Source: an uncultured virus (IMG/VR IMGVR_UViG_3300011906_000002) (Duplodnaviria; Heunggongvirae; Uroviricota; Caudoviricetes). Taken from it: 64,000 bases of DNA. Every line of letters starts with the position of its first letter. Position 1 is the stretch's first letter. The notes beneath the pieces are model-generated. The model was not told the DNA's origin and made no database searches. It saw only the letters and a program-made list of their open reading frames with translations. The DNA is taken from the IMG/VR virus record IMGVR_UViG_3300011906_000002, positions 1 through 64,000 of that record; one strand, written 5' to 3'. Shown here piece by piece: positions 47,665 to 58,206 of the stretch. Position numbers and translations under genes: made by a program.

Positions 47665-49305
47665 CTATACCCACTGAGCGGGCCACACTTGCCGCCAAGT
47701 CCCACCACCCCAGATGTAAACACCCGAGCCGTTCCAATGGACACTGCAATCAACGCCTGCAGTATTCTTCGGTGCGTAGCGGGCATCGTGGTCGCCAGAG
47801 TTGACGTGTCCATACATACCAGCTGCTGTTAACAACGAGCCGTTAGTGTTAGACCCACGGTCAGCAGTGATCGAGTTTGGTAGGTTACCCAACCCGACTT
47901 GTGTCTTGGTCACACCGTGTGGATTATCAGTCCGACTGATGTGGCTGTTCAGAGGTTCGACAGCGAACTTGTTGACCAGCTCCATGGTGCGCAGTGGCGT
48001 CATGAACTTGTTCGAAGCCGTACCGGCCAACGCATCCACTTGGGTAGCCGTGTCGTGGTTATCGACGAGACTGAGACCCACTTGGGCTTTGGTGACTGTG
48101 TGCGGATTGTCCTTTCGGTCAATGTGTGCATTCAGTGGCACCAGGGCTTGCGTTGCAATCGCTTGTGCAGTACGCAGTGGCGTCATGTACAAGGTGTTGC
48201 TTGTGCCTGCCCGTGCATCCAGTTCTGCGGCTACACCGTAGTTCTGTACACTACCCAGTCCCACTTGCGCCTTATTGACGTTGTGTGGGTTATCGGTGCG
48301 TGCAATGAACGTATTGAACGGGGTGATGATGTGGAAGTCCAATGCTTGCTTAACAAGCAGTGGTGTGGTGTACAGAGTAGGGCTGGTACCTGTCTCCATA
48401 TCCACTTTACTGGCCACATTGTAGTTGGCTACGTTCCCCAGTCCCACTTGCCCTTTCGTCACCCCATGCGGGTTATCGTTACGTGCAATGTGGGCGTTCA
48501 ATGGCTTGAGTGCGTGTTCGTTGATCGCGTCGCGAACCCGAAGCGGTGTGGTGTAGAGCGTGTTGCTGCTCGCAGCCACCATGTCTTCGGTAGACGCAAT
48601 GCCGTAGTTCTCAACCGAACCGAGTCCTACCTGAGCCTTAGTGGTCTGGTGCGGATTGGTCGCGTCTTGAATGTGAGCATTCAGCGTCGCTTGGTTTTCA
48701 TCGATGCGTGCACGTAGCAGACTGTCTTCGTAGCGAACCCACGAACGAATTTCTTCGTGTGTGGCTTCGTCACCAATCAAGATCGCTGAACGCAAAGCTT
48801 CCAGTGCTTCCACCACGTACTCGAAACCATAAAGGTCACCGATGTCGTGTAGGTGTGGTGCTGGTGGGAAAGCGCTCGGACGAGCAATGACGTCGCCCCA
48901 GCTGACAGACCGCTCATCGAGGTCTTCGTCTTCAATGGCTTGGCGCAAAGCGTCAACCGATACACTGAAATCGCCACCCACGGTTTGGTATTGCAGACTT
49001 ACCTTACCGACGATGTTTTGATCAATGATCACAACCGCCATGCAGACTTCACGGTTCAACGCCGCTGTAGCATCGGCATGAAGCTGTACTGCGAGGTAGT
49101 GTTGAAACGGCACTAGCGGATCAACACGATCGGCTACTGTCACCACCAACGACTCACTGTAGTAAGCGCTGTACTCTGGGACAATCGCGCGGTTGAGGCC
49201 GCTCCCTAGGTCGTGTTCCTCACCGGTGATCAGGTTGTTAGGATTAACGCCCGTCGGGTCAATGGGATACTTAAGGATAAGTCCCCGTGTCAGGGTTGAG
49301 GACAT
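47665..49305 (-). CDS. Tail fibre protein (phiKZ gp145/146-like)
   Basis: YPIDPTG..P.N.I..E.H; five HI....NPH..TK.QVGL repeats; C-terminal H..SGDHDARY and GGGTWRQVW. Confidence 0.8.
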   Translation of the reverse strand: MSSTLTRGLILKYPIDPTGVNPNNLITGEEHDLGSGLNRAIVPEYSAYYSESLVVTVADRVDPLVPFQHYLAVQLHADATAALNREVCMAVVIIDQNIVGKVSLQYQTVGGDFSVSVDALRQAIEDEDLDERSVSWGDVIARPSAFPPAPHLHDIGDLYGFEYVVEALEALRSAILIGDEATHEEIRSWVRYEDSLLRARIDENQATLNAHIQDATNPHQTTKAQVGLGSVENYGIASTEDMVAASSNTLYTTPLRVRDAINEHALKPLNAHIARNDNPHGVTKGQVGLGNVANYNVASKVDMETGTSPTLYTTPLLVKQALDFHIITPFNTFIARTDNPHNVNKAQVGLGSVQNYGVAAELDARAGTSNTLYMTPLRTAQAIATQALVPLNAHIDRKDNPHTVTKAQVGLSLVDNHDTATQVDALAGTASNKFMTPLRTMELVNKFAVEPLNSHISRTDNPHGVTKTQVGLGNLPNSITADRGSNTNGSLLTAAGMYGHVNSGDHDARYAPKNTAGVDCSVHWNGSGVYIWGGGTWRQVWPAQWV

Positions 49306-49364
49306 ACAAGTTACTCCGAATAGGGGTATGGGAGGTCAGTCACCACACCCTTTGGAAAAGATGA

Positions 49365-51674
49365 TCAGTTAGCGGTATTCGCTATTGCCTCGTTGCGCAT
49401 TTCTACGGCAAAGGCATCCAGACGTTGTTCTAACATGACGTTGTCAATGAGGTAGACCTTGGTAGGCGTCAACACAGGCTCAAGAGCCGTATCAAAATCC
49501 AACGCCGCCCAATCAGGTTCACCTGCAAAGACTTCACCTGAGAAGATGATGTCGGAGTTACCCACAGCATTTACCACCTGACAATGAATCTGACCCCGCG
49601 ATTGTGCACCGCTCTCAACCCAGAGTTCCTTACGGTCACCCACCGCTTTGATCCGGAAGGTATGGCCGACGTCCTCACCACAAATGATGACATGGTCAGC
49701 ATCTTGGTAAGCACCGTTGGAACCGTCCGCATCAACCAGCTTCACCAGCGAAGTGCTGCTGCGCGCATCGTCTTGCTCATGAAGTGTGACGATGGCTTCG
49801 AAGCGAGACTCTGCAGTGGTGAACAGTCGTGTCCACGCACGCCCTTCAATCAACTCAGACTCATGACCTACAAACATTGCTGTTTGAGGAGCTTTAACAT
49901 CCGCCACAATTTCGTTGTGGATGGTAGTCAAGTCTTTGCCTTCAAGGTGGGTGGCCTTGGGTGCAATTTGAGAGGTGAAGTACGTTTCCAGTTCCGGAAC
50001 CGTGTAACCACCAAAGCGCAGGGTGTTCTCAGCTTCAGTGACCTGGAGTGAGTCAATCAACTGCTCGTAAGTGTAGCCCGCCAACTTTTCCGAGTTCGCA
50101 GCAGTACTGCCCGTGGTCATATATCCCAACAGCTTAGTGTCTAATTGTGCTGGGACCAACGCACCGATTTGTTCAGCGGTAACCTGGTGAGGGTTGTCTG
50201 TACGACCGGCGTGAGTGGAGACTTCGTCGCCAACCACAGTGGCTAACATAGTTGCTGTAGTAGCCGGTGTCATGAACCGGTTGGTGGCAGTGCCGGTGAC
50301 GGCTTCCTCGTTAGTTGCAGTGGGGAAGTTGTCAACATTACCAAGCCCTACCTGAGTCTTATTGACTTGGTGCGGATTGTTGCCATCGTTGGTGTGTGTC
50401 CGATACGTTGCCAGCGCCACCTGATCAATGGCTGCACGCACCCCAACGGGTGTCACGTACAGGTTGTCGGCGGTACCTATCACCGTTTCAGCTGTGGTTG
50501 CGATGGTGTAGTTCTGAACGTTCCCCAACCCGACTTGTGTTTTGGATACACGGTGTGGGTTATTGAGGTCACTGATGTGATTGTTCATCCCTTCACCCAC
50601 GTACTGACTCACCATCTGGTAAGTGGTCAATGGGGTCATATAGCGGTCATTACGACTGCCGGCAACAGCTTCTATTTCGGTGGCAAGTGGAAGGTTCTGT
50701 ACAAGACCCAACCCAACCTGAGTTTTATTAACGCCGTGCGGGTTATCAATCCGATCGGTGTGTGCTTTGATCAACGGATACACGTTGGCATCGAGCGTGG
50801 CTTTAAGTACGACCGGTGTCAGGTAAACCGTGTTGGAGGCACCCGAGATCCCTTGCTCGTTGGTTGCAATGCCGAAGTTCTGCACATTGCCCAAACCTAC
50901 CTGTCCTTTCGTCACCCCATGCGGGTTGTCGTTACGCAGGGTGTGGCCTTCAAGTAACGGGGTGACGTAAGCTTCAACGAAGTTACGAACCCGAATAGGC
51001 GTCATGTACAGCTCACTGCTGGCGCCCGCAACGGCCTCAGCGATGTTCGCCAGCGGATAGTTCTCCACCAGGTTCAAGCCAATTTGGGCTTTGGTCACAC
51101 GGTGTGGGTTGTTGTAGTCCCCGACGTGCGATGTCCCGTTAGCATCGTTGGCTGCATTGATCGCTGCGGTGATCTCGTGGAGCTTGACAACGATTTCTTT
51201 GGCACCTGTCAAGTCGTCCAAGTCCCACTCGTGGTCAATGACCGGGAACTGGAACGGCAAGTCGACCACCTGTTCCCACGTGGTGATGCGTGGGTTCATC
51301 AGACGGTTGGCCATAAGCTCGAGAACTGTGTTCTCGTCATACACCCAGTCGCCACCGATGGTTTGGTAACGTAGCTCAACCACACCGGTAAGGCTGCGGT
51401 CTAGGAAAGTGATGGAACCGTACACCGGACGGCCAACACCATGAGATGCTGCATGGAACCAATGCGTGAGGTGGTAATCCACCCCTTCGACCAAATCGCG
51501 ACCCAAACCGAGATGGCGAATACGCAGGTTGTTACGGAAGAATGGTGCAAAGGTTGGGACTATGAAATTGAATTCACGGTCAGTCACCCCAGACAGCACA
51601 TGCCGTTCATTAGGGATCACGTTGGAAGTCAACGAGCCCGTCGGGTCGAATGGATAAACGTAGGTCTGCGACAT
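49365..51674 (-). CDS. Tail fibre protein (phiKZ gp145/146-like)
   Basis: YPFDPTG....N.I..E.H, YQTIGG and six H....NPH.V...Q.G repeats. Confidence 0.8.
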   Translation of the reverse strand: MSQTYVYPFDPTGSLTSNVIPNERHVLSGVTDREFNFIVPTFAPFFRNNLRIRHLGLGRDLVEGVDYHLTHWFHAASHGVGRPVYGSITFLDRSLTGVVELRYQTIGGDWVYDENTVLELMANRLMNPRITTWEQVVDLPFQFPVIDHEWDLDDLTGAKEIVVKLHEITAAINAANDANGTSHVGDYNNPHRVTKAQIGLNLVENYPLANIAEAVAGASSELYMTPIRVRNFVEAYVTPLLEGHTLRNDNPHGVTKGQVGLGNVQNFGIATNEQGISGASNTVYLTPVVLKATLDANVYPLIKAHTDRIDNPHGVNKTQVGLGLVQNLPLATEIEAVAGSRNDRYMTPLTTYQMVSQYVGEGMNNHISDLNNPHRVSKTQVGLGNVQNYTIATTAETVIGTADNLYVTPVGVRAAIDQVALATYRTHTNDGNNPHQVNKTQVGLGNVDNFPTATNEEAVTGTATNRFMTPATTATMLATVVGDEVSTHAGRTDNPHQVTAEQIGALVPAQLDTKLLGYMTTGSTAANSEKLAGYTYEQLIDSLQVTEAENTLRFGGYTVPELETYFTSQIAPKATHLEGKDLTTIHNEIVADVKAPQTAMFVGHESELIEGRAWTRLFTTAESRFEAIVTLHEQDDARSSTSLVKLVDADGSNGAYQDADHVIICGEDVGHTFRIKAVGDRKELWVESGAQSRGQIHCQVVNAVGNSDIIFSGEVFAGEPDWAALDFDTALEPVLTPTKVYLIDNVMLEQRLDAFAVEMRNEAIANTAN

Positions 51675-51779
51675 TCCGCGCTCTCCAGAATTTAAACGAA
51701 TGGTATAGTTGCTCCCTAAACAGAGAGTAAATTATTACACACCATATCATTGGCAGTCCCCCTCATGAGAGGAACCACT

Positions 51780-53039
51780 ATGTACACCTTTGTAAAAATG
51801 ATCGCCAAAACGCGTGGGCGTACGGGGACTTGGTTTGAATCAACCGATGCTTCGATCCCAGTCCGCCAGATCGGCAGCCTGTACACCAAATGTTACTTGG
51901 TGTTGACTAACCCGTTCTACACAGGACATTTGGTATTGGACTGTGATGACGTGGCGAATCAATTTGCATTGCTAAGCAACACCTTGACCATTGAACAGTG
52001 GTTACTGAGTGTCGGGGAGCAATCGTTGCCAGTGACCGAGAAGTCTTTGAACCTCAAAGTCGATTACGTCAAATACAAAGACGCACTACAAGCAGGTTGG
52101 AAGCTGGATCTGTGTCACCGTACTGCACACCCGACTATCCCCATGCCAAAGTCTGAACTGCGTGACGTACGGATGTACAAAGAAGGCGTCACCTCGCGGC
52201 GGTTCTTGGACTACTGTCTGGTCAGCGTTAATAACTTGGTTCATCTGGCTATTCAAGGGGTGAGTGAGGAAGTTCAAATTATCGAAGCGGGTGTCAGTAA
52301 CCAACTGTATAACGACAACCACGTGGGTATCTTGAGCTTTGAAAAGATCGGTAAGCTCACCACCATCCCTGTGACTGATGAGATGATCGCAGGTTTGAAT
52401 GACGGGGCTGGTTTGGCAGACCTGTGTGTGATCAAAGTGCCTGAACAGTACAACGTTGAGAACGTGTTTCCGATGATCTCAATCGGAGGGTTCCTGCACA
52501 GTCTGGGTTCGGTGTTCAGTTATTTGGGTAACAACACCTTCAAAGTGGACCTTGGTAACTTCGGCTGGGAGTCGCGCTACTTTGAATTGTTGAAACGCAT
52601 GGACTTGAGCACCCTGCACAAGCACATGACAGAAAAGAACGGTACGTACATCCAAGTGGCCAACGAAGAGCTGTTCAGTGATGCGGTGTTACGTGCGTTG
52701 TTGACCCTAACCAACTCCTTCATTGTGTTGGTGGATAACCCCAACGTTGTGGTCAGTCAGCGTCCTGTAGAACGGACTCGGACGCCTGGGGTGTACTTGG
52801 CACAAAGTCCTAGTAACCTTCCGGTTTTGTACAACAAGGGTATGTTGTACGACACTTGGGAAATCAACGAGACGGGGATCGCGGTACTCAAGGGTAAGGA
52901 GAATTTCCGACCGACTTACAACCACGAAACCACAGCGCTGTTTGAGGAACATTCTTTTGATAACCTCCAGTCCAGTGCTGAGCCTGATCGTTACTCCATG
53001 GCGTTCCAATGGTTGATTGGTGCAGCTTCGTTTGAATGA
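51780..53039 (+). CDS. Virion structural protein (phiKZ-like)
   Basis: CLVSVN..VH, GILSF..IG.L, ISIGGFLH and LT..NSFIV motifs; GAGG SD; position near the spike genes. Confidence 0.6.
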   Translation: MYTFVKMIAKTRGRTGTWFESTDASIPVRQIGSLYTKCYLVLTNPFYTGHLVLDCDDVANQFALLSNTLTIEQWLLSVGEQSLPVTEKSLNLKVDYVKYKDALQAGWKLDLCHRTAHPTIPMPKSELRDVRMYKEGVTSRRFLDYCLVSVNNLVHLAIQGVSEEVQIIEAGVSNQLYNDNHVGILSFEKIGKLTTIPVTDEMIAGLNDGAGLADLCVIKVPEQYNVENVFPMISIGGFLHSLGSVFSYLGNNTFKVDLGNFGWESRYFELLKRMDLSTLHKHMTEKNGTYIQVANEELFSDAVLRALLTLTNSFIVLVDNPNVVVSQRPVERTRTPGVYLAQSPSNLPVLYNKGMLYDTWEINETGIAVLKGKENFRPTYNHETTALFEEHSFDNLQSSAEPDRYSMAFQWLIGAASFE

Positions 53040-53081
53040 CGGCATACAGGACAGGGTAGACCCCTGTCCTGTTTATGCGCT

Positions 53082-53774
53082 CTACGGATTAAAAGAAGGT
53101 AGAACCGTCTTATTAAGGTAGGTGTAGTTCCGCAGATCCCCAGGTGAGTACCAAGGTCTTTGCTGAGGAACGTGTAGTGTGTTGGTGAAGATATCGACTA
53201 CCTTGTTGCCCGCAGCATTGCGGACAGTTACCTTACGGTAGTAGGCTGTTTTGATACCGCCTGCATTGTCTTCAAAGATAGCCATAGCCGCTTCTACGAC
53301 GGTCCCGACAATGGGCTGGAGTCCGATTTTACGGGTGTGCCAAACATCAGACGGAAAGTTGTGGGATGCCCCAGCAAAAGCGACCAATCCGTTCTGATCG
53401 ACAGGTACTGTTTGTCCCATCATCGAAAGGCTATAGAAAGCCAATTTAGTTGAAGGTGCTACTGAGTGACCCGTAAAGACCAACTCAATTCCTGGATTGG
53501 TGACTCCCGAAAGGATCAACATCTCGTACTCAAGGTAGTCACCGGGCTGTACTACATACCAACCTTCCCAGATTCCATCGTAGATACAAGGGTTTTGTTC
53601 TGCGATACCGCCGGAATCGGCTTGGAAGATGTACACAGGACTGAAGTCCAACACTTTATGCCAACTGCCGTCCGGATTCTTTTGGTGAACTTCTTGGGCC
53701 GACTTCCAACCAGATTGGTCTTTGACCCCAAAACCCATAGGTTTGGTCCAAATCCCGTTGTGTTTAATCTTCAT
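53082..53774 (-). CDS. Adhesin-like protein, paralogue 4 (beta-sandwich/carbohydrate-binding-like body)
   Basis: MKIKHNGIW...VKDQSGWK...KNPDGSW; GDYLEYE, DQNG and WHTR shared with paralogue 5. Confidence 0.6.
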   Translation of the reverse strand: MKIKHNGIWTKPMGFGVKDQSGWKSAQEVHQKNPDGSWHKVLDFSPVYIFQADSGGIAEQNPCIYDGIWEGWYVVQPGDYLEYEMLILSGVTNPGIELVFTGHSVAPSTKLAFYSLSMMGQTVPVDQNGLVAFAGASHNFPSDVWHTRKIGLQPIVGTVVEAAMAIFEDNAGGIKTAYYRKVTVRNAAGNKVVDIFTNTLHVPQQRPWYSPGDLRNYTYLNKTVLPSFNP

Positions 53775-53784
53775 GTCGATTTAC

Positions 53785-54435
53785 TCATTCGAGATTAAGA
53801 GGTCCGATGTAACCTTTCCAAACGAATTCGTAGAGGCTGTAACCTGCACCTACCCAAGCTTCGTGTGATGGCCATTGCAGACCGTCATTGGTTAACGACA
53901 GTTTAATGGTGCCGTCCGCTCTGCGAATGAACGCATTACGAATGTAGATACGTCGAAGCCCTGGTTGGTCGGTTTCAATACAGCACGCAGCTGAGCTAGT
54001 ACGCATTCCTGCTACAACGTTGAGTGAGAATACGCGTCGATGCCAACGTAGGGTCTGTTCATTGATAAATTGTGCAGGGTGGATGGCGATCCCGTTTTGA
54101 TCCTTTACGTCGAAGTGACGCAGTTTCTCAGTGGGGAAGAGGAAGTCAAGACCTGCGTGACCTTCGCCAGTGTTACTGTAGAGTTCGTACTCCAGAGTAT
54201 CCCCTGACTCAATTAATAAATCGCCCTTCCAGATTGTCTCATAGGCAAAGGCATTGATGGTTGCATCGGTACTGATACAACGGGCTTCAAAGGCCATTAC
54301 GTTGTGATAGTCGGCCGTTCTGACCCACCGTCCACTAACCTTTGAATAGACTTGTTTGGCCCTCAACCATTGAGTGCCCTGTTTCATGGTAAATAGGCTA
54401 GGAATCTTCCAGCCCTGCAGAGTTCTGAATTTCAT
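53785..54435 (-). CDS. Adhesin-like protein, paralogue 5
   Basis: MKFRTLQGW...MKQGTQW...SKVSGRW; GDTLEYE, DQNG and WHRR. Confidence 0.6.
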   Translation of the reverse strand: MKFRTLQGWKIPSLFTMKQGTQWLRAKQVYSKVSGRWVRTADYHNVMAFEARCISTDATINAFAYETIWKGDLLIESGDTLEYELYSNTGEGHAGLDFLFPTEKLRHFDVKDQNGIAIHPAQFINEQTLRWHRRVFSLNVVAGMRTSSAACCIETDQPGLRRIYIRNAFIRRADGTIKLSLTNDGLQWPSHEAWVGAGYSLYEFVWKGYIGPLNLE

Positions 54436-54597
54436 TGATATGCCTTTAAATAAAGGTGTGGGCTCTCATACCATTTCTGGCGGCATACAGCGGGGTTGTC
54501 CCCGCTGCAGATTAAATGGTTTCTTTCCAGTTCGGATTGATGATGTCGGCAATGGTTTCTATTAAAACCCATTTGGGAGATAGCTTAAAGTAATTCA

Positions 54598-54861
54598 TCA
54601 TTCGATTTCCCAGTTACTTTGTCCGGTGGCTGCGTGACCGCAGGATGCTTTGTGTCCCGCTCGTACTACCGGGATTCCATTCCAAGTCATCCAACTGGAA
54701 CCTTCAGCCATCACGGGTGAACTGTGGGGGGAGTTACCATGACCGGCCACAGGATCGCCTAGAACCACCACAGGCTGTCCGTTTACAGTGAACTCACCCT
54801 GACCCCCGGCTAACTGCGTACCCCCTGCGCTATCGGCTCCTTTGATGGTGATGCCCGGCAT
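54598..54861 (-). CDS. PAAR-repeat spike-tip protein
   Basis: VNGQPVVVLGD..AGH....H, EGSS..TWNGIPVVRAGH..SCGH. Confidence 0.88.
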   Translation of the reverse strand: MPGITIKGADSAGGTQLAGGQGEFTVNGQPVVVLGDPVAGHGNSPHSSPVMAEGSSWMTWNGIPVVRAGHKASCGHAATGQSNWEIE

Positions 54862-55625
54862 TAGGCACCTCCTTTGAACTTAGGAGTTTTCAAGGTAGTT
54901 ACGTCAGGCTTCCAAACTTGGCGGGTACCTCCTACCGTAAGGGAAACTTCCTCGTTGGCCACGATAGCAATCTTACCGGCTTTAAGTTCCACTTTCGAAT
55001 CGTCACCGTTCTCAAGACAGATACGGTTTTCAGTACTGTCCAGTTCGATGGAGTTGCCGATGTCGTCTTCAATCAAGAAAGCCCCTTCAGCGGCATTGAT
55101 CTGTGCGGTGTACCGGAAGGGTTCGCCATTGCTTGCTGAGGTTTGTACCGTGATGCTTTTGTTGTGGGTGGAGACTTCGAAGTAATAACAGTTGTTCAGA
55201 TCTAGCTCGGTCTGGGATTCGTCGGCTGTGGCACTGAAGGCAAAGATTACAGTCTCCAGTTTCCGCAGGTGGTCATCCAAGCCCATCGTGGACCAGTAGT
55301 ACTTGTCTGCATCGCCGCTGCGCCACAACTGTACTCGCTCTCCACGGCGTACGTCGGGCGGTGTGAGGCGGTTGCTAAGAAAGGGCACCCACGTTGCCTC
55401 AATGACCTGATCAACCGCTACGGCGCTGGTATAGGCCTTCCCGGAGGTGTCTGTGCCTGAAGCCGTGAGTTGTTCTGGCTTAGAACGGATTTCCCCGTTG
55501 ATCATGCTCAGGGATTCGATGTCTGTGACTAGAATGGTTCGGTTAAATTTACCTGAAGCATCCTTCATCGCTTTATTCTCGGCCACTATACCGAGTGCAA
55601 CATTTTTAAAACACGAGGCTTGCAT
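54861..55625 (-). CDS. Baseplate central spike protein (phiKZ gp164-like)
   Basis: GIVAENK, A.W.P..SNRLTPPDVRRGERV (OB-like) and beta-helix-like C-terminus; coupled to the PAAR gene. Confidence 0.75.
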   Translation of the reverse strand: MQASCFKNVALGIVAENKAMKDASGKFNRTILVTDIESLSMINGEIRSKPEQLTASGTDTSGKAYTSAVAVDQVIEATWVPFLSNRLTPPDVRRGERVQLWRSGDADKYYWSTMGLDDHLRKLETVIFAFSATADESQTELDLNNCYYFEVSTHNKSITVQTSASNGEPFRYTAQINAAEGAFLIEDDIGNSIELDSTENRICLENGDDSKVELKAGKIAIVANEEVSLTVGGTRQVWKPDVTTLKTPKFKGGA

Positions 55626-55686
55626 AGGGCACCTATAAAAATCTATCTAGCGTCATAAACTATGTAAGGAACCATGGAAGCTTGTT

Positions 55687-58155
55687 ATGAAACTCTTAGA
55701 ATTGCACTTAGACGGTTATAAGCGTCTGATGCTCAACAACATTAAGCAGTTCCGTTATACCCCAACCGATGTGTACCAGATTATCTTGGGGACCAACGGG
55801 AGCGGTAAGAGTTCAGTTGTTTACGAAGCTTCTCCCCTGCCTGCGAATCCAGCCGATTTCGTTAAAGGGGGTCGCAAGTACAGCAAGTGGCTCCACAACG
55901 GACGGATCTATGAACTGACGTCTAACTTTGCAGGAGGCAGTGCTCGACACTCCTTCCTTATTGATGGAGAAGAGGAGTTCAATCGGGGTGGTACGATCAC
56001 CATTCAAAAAGAGTTGGTTGAGTCCCACTTCAATTACACCCCAGACATTCACGAGTTGTTGATTGGGGTTGAAAAGTTTACGACGATGAGTTTCACCAAA
56101 CGTCGGGACTGGTTAACCAAGCTTTGTGATACCGACTTCAGTTATGCCTTGGCCATGCACAAGAAGCTTGCCAGTGCATCTCGCGACCACCAAGGGGCTG
56201 TGAAACACATCGCCAATCGCTTGACCGATGAAACCATGAAGCTTAAAAGTCTCGGGGTGACAGAGGACGACGAAGACGAACTGGCTCTGCTCAACGAAGA
56301 ACTGAACCTGCTGTATATGGCGCGCGATGCCAGACCTCCTTCGGGTTCATACCAGCGTCTTAAAGAGTTGGAACAAGAAGAAGAGCAACTGGCGCAACGA
56401 GTCTTGGGGCTGCGTCACAGCGACAGCGTGATCAAACGTTTCAACTCTTTGGAAGCTTTAGCTGAGGCCGTTGAAACCGCACGTTATAAAGCCGAAGCAT
56501 TGCAGCTGTCGATCAACCACAGTGGTCACTCGCTAGACGACTTGTTGAAACTGCAACACACGGTTCAGCAGTCTGGGGTCAGTGACGCCGATGCGGCGCG
56601 TCAGGAAATTCATCACCTACAAGACCAGAACCTTGGGTTGCGTCAACAGATCCGTCAACATCAGTGGGACGGTGTAGCCGATGCCTTTGGTACTCTGACT
56701 GCACTGGATCAAGCCCGCGAAGAGTTCATGTCAATCGTTCAGGAGATTCCTGACAACGTGGGTATGCGCTACAACCGGGAGACGGTCACACAAGTTCGGG
56801 AAGCGACACGTGAACTCAAAGAGAACATCGCTAACCTTAATAACCGCATCAGTCGTGAAGAGATCAAGCTTGAGCATCTGAATGGGGTGTGTCAACAAGA
56901 GTGTCCAAGTTGTAAGCATCGTTGGTATCCGAATAATGCCGATGACCGCAAGGGCATGATTGAAGACTTCATCACTAAAGCACGGATAAAGGTAGAGGGC
57001 TTTCAGAAAGAGTTGGAGGTCAACGAAGCCTACCTGGAGCAAGCCGAGACCTTCAGTGGGTACCTTACCCGATTTAAAGGGTTGGTTAACAGCTTCCGTA
57101 GCCTTAAGCCATTGTGGGATCGGATGGTTGAAGCTAACGCAATCCATGACAACCCCAAACGTTGGATCAGAGACTTCGGGCTGTTCAATGAAGACGTTAA
57201 GGTCTGGGTACAGCTGGAGGATGTGGATAAGCGCTTGAAGAAGCTTGAGATGGCACTTCAAGCGATGGAGTCTGCGACTGGGTTTGAAAGCCTCTCTACT
57301 CACATTGCAGAGACTGAAGCGAAGATTGAAACCCTGACCACTGAGCTGGTGGCTGCTAAGGAACATCACCAAAAGCTTGTACGGGCCTTGCGTGACGCTC
57401 AAGTGATCACAGAAGCGGGGCAGCGGTTCCAACAGCTCCATGAGCAGAAGCGTGGGACGTATGAGCAACTGATCGTCGAATTCCGTAACCGGGGTATTGA
57501 TAAGGTCATTGGGGCTCACCAAACGCGTCTGGGGACCTTGAAATCAAAGATCATGGAAAAGCATGCAGTCGAGGGATTGATCAACGACTTGATGCTCGAT
57601 CACGAACTAACGAACAAGAAGTGGGAAACCTACAAGCTCTTGGCTAAGATCTTGTCACCGGTGGATGGTTTGATTGCTGAGCAATTGATCGGCTTTATCA
57701 AAGCGTTCACTGACCACATGAACACACTGATTGGGAACGTGTGGGAATACGACCTCAGTATTGTGCCGTGTGGATTGGAGTCTGGGGAACTGGACTACAA
57801 GTTTCCTATTCAAGTGAAGACTGAAAGCAATCGGGTACCGGATGTGGCTAAGGGGTCTACGGGCCAATGCGAGATCATCGATTTTGCCTTTAAGCTGATC
57901 GTGATGTTCTATTTGCGCTTGACCGATTACCCGTTGTACTTGGACGAACTCGGACATTCCTTTGATGAACAACATCGGATCAATGTCATGAACTTCGTTA
58001 AAGACCTGGTGGAAACAAAAGGTTTTAGCCAAGTATTTATGATTAGTCACTATGCCTCATCACATGGCTCGTTTACGAACGCCGAGGTGTTGGTTATGGA
58101 TGCTGCCAATATCACCGTACCCATGAGACATAATCAACACGTGACCATGGCCTGA
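55687..58155 (+). CDS. sbcC: SbcC/Rad50-like SMC ATPase
   Basis: Walker A GTNGSGKS, long coiled coils, CPSC zinc hook, signature GSTGQ, Walker B LYLDE and ISH. Confidence 0.9.
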   Translation: MKLLELHLDGYKRLMLNNIKQFRYTPTDVYQIILGTNGSGKSSVVYEASPLPANPADFVKGGRKYSKWLHNGRIYELTSNFAGGSARHSFLIDGEEEFNRGGTITIQKELVESHFNYTPDIHELLIGVEKFTTMSFTKRRDWLTKLCDTDFSYALAMHKKLASASRDHQGAVKHIANRLTDETMKLKSLGVTEDDEDELALLNEELNLLYMARDARPPSGSYQRLKELEQEEEQLAQRVLGLRHSDSVIKRFNSLEALAEAVETARYKAEALQLSINHSGHSLDDLLKLQHTVQQSGVSDADAARQEIHHLQDQNLGLRQQIRQHQWDGVADAFGTLTALDQAREEFMSIVQEIPDNVGMRYNRETVTQVREATRELKENIANLNNRISREEIKLEHLNGVCQQECPSCKHRWYPNNADDRKGMIEDFITKARIKVEGFQKELEVNEAYLEQAETFSGYLTRFKGLVNSFRSLKPLWDRMVEANAIHDNPKRWIRDFGLFNEDVKVWVQLEDVDKRLKKLEMALQAMESATGFESLSTHIAETEAKIETLTTELVAAKEHHQKLVRALRDAQVITEAGQRFQQLHEQKRGTYEQLIVEFRNRGIDKVIGAHQTRLGTLKSKIMEKHAVEGLINDLMLDHELTNKKWETYKLLAKILSPVDGLIAEQLIGFIKAFTDHMNTLIGNVWEYDLSIVPCGLESGELDYKFPIQVKTESNRVPDVAKGSTGQCEIIDFAFKLIVMFYLRLTDYPLYLDELGHSFDEQHRINVMNFVKDLVETKGFSQVFMISHYASSHGSFTNAEVLVMDAANITVPMRHNQHVTMA

Positions 58156-58206
58156 TGTTATGACATGGTCTTGTGTCCCTTTTCCTTTAATCGAAGGTGT
58201 TAACTC

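Noticed and set aside
47665..51674. Regularly spaced DNA repeats resembling an array (CRISPR or diversity-generating retroelement template/variable repeats)
   Set aside because: They are degenerate in-frame protein repeats (NPH.V.K.QVGL). There are no identical direct repeats with spacers, and no cas or reverse transcriptase gene in the window.
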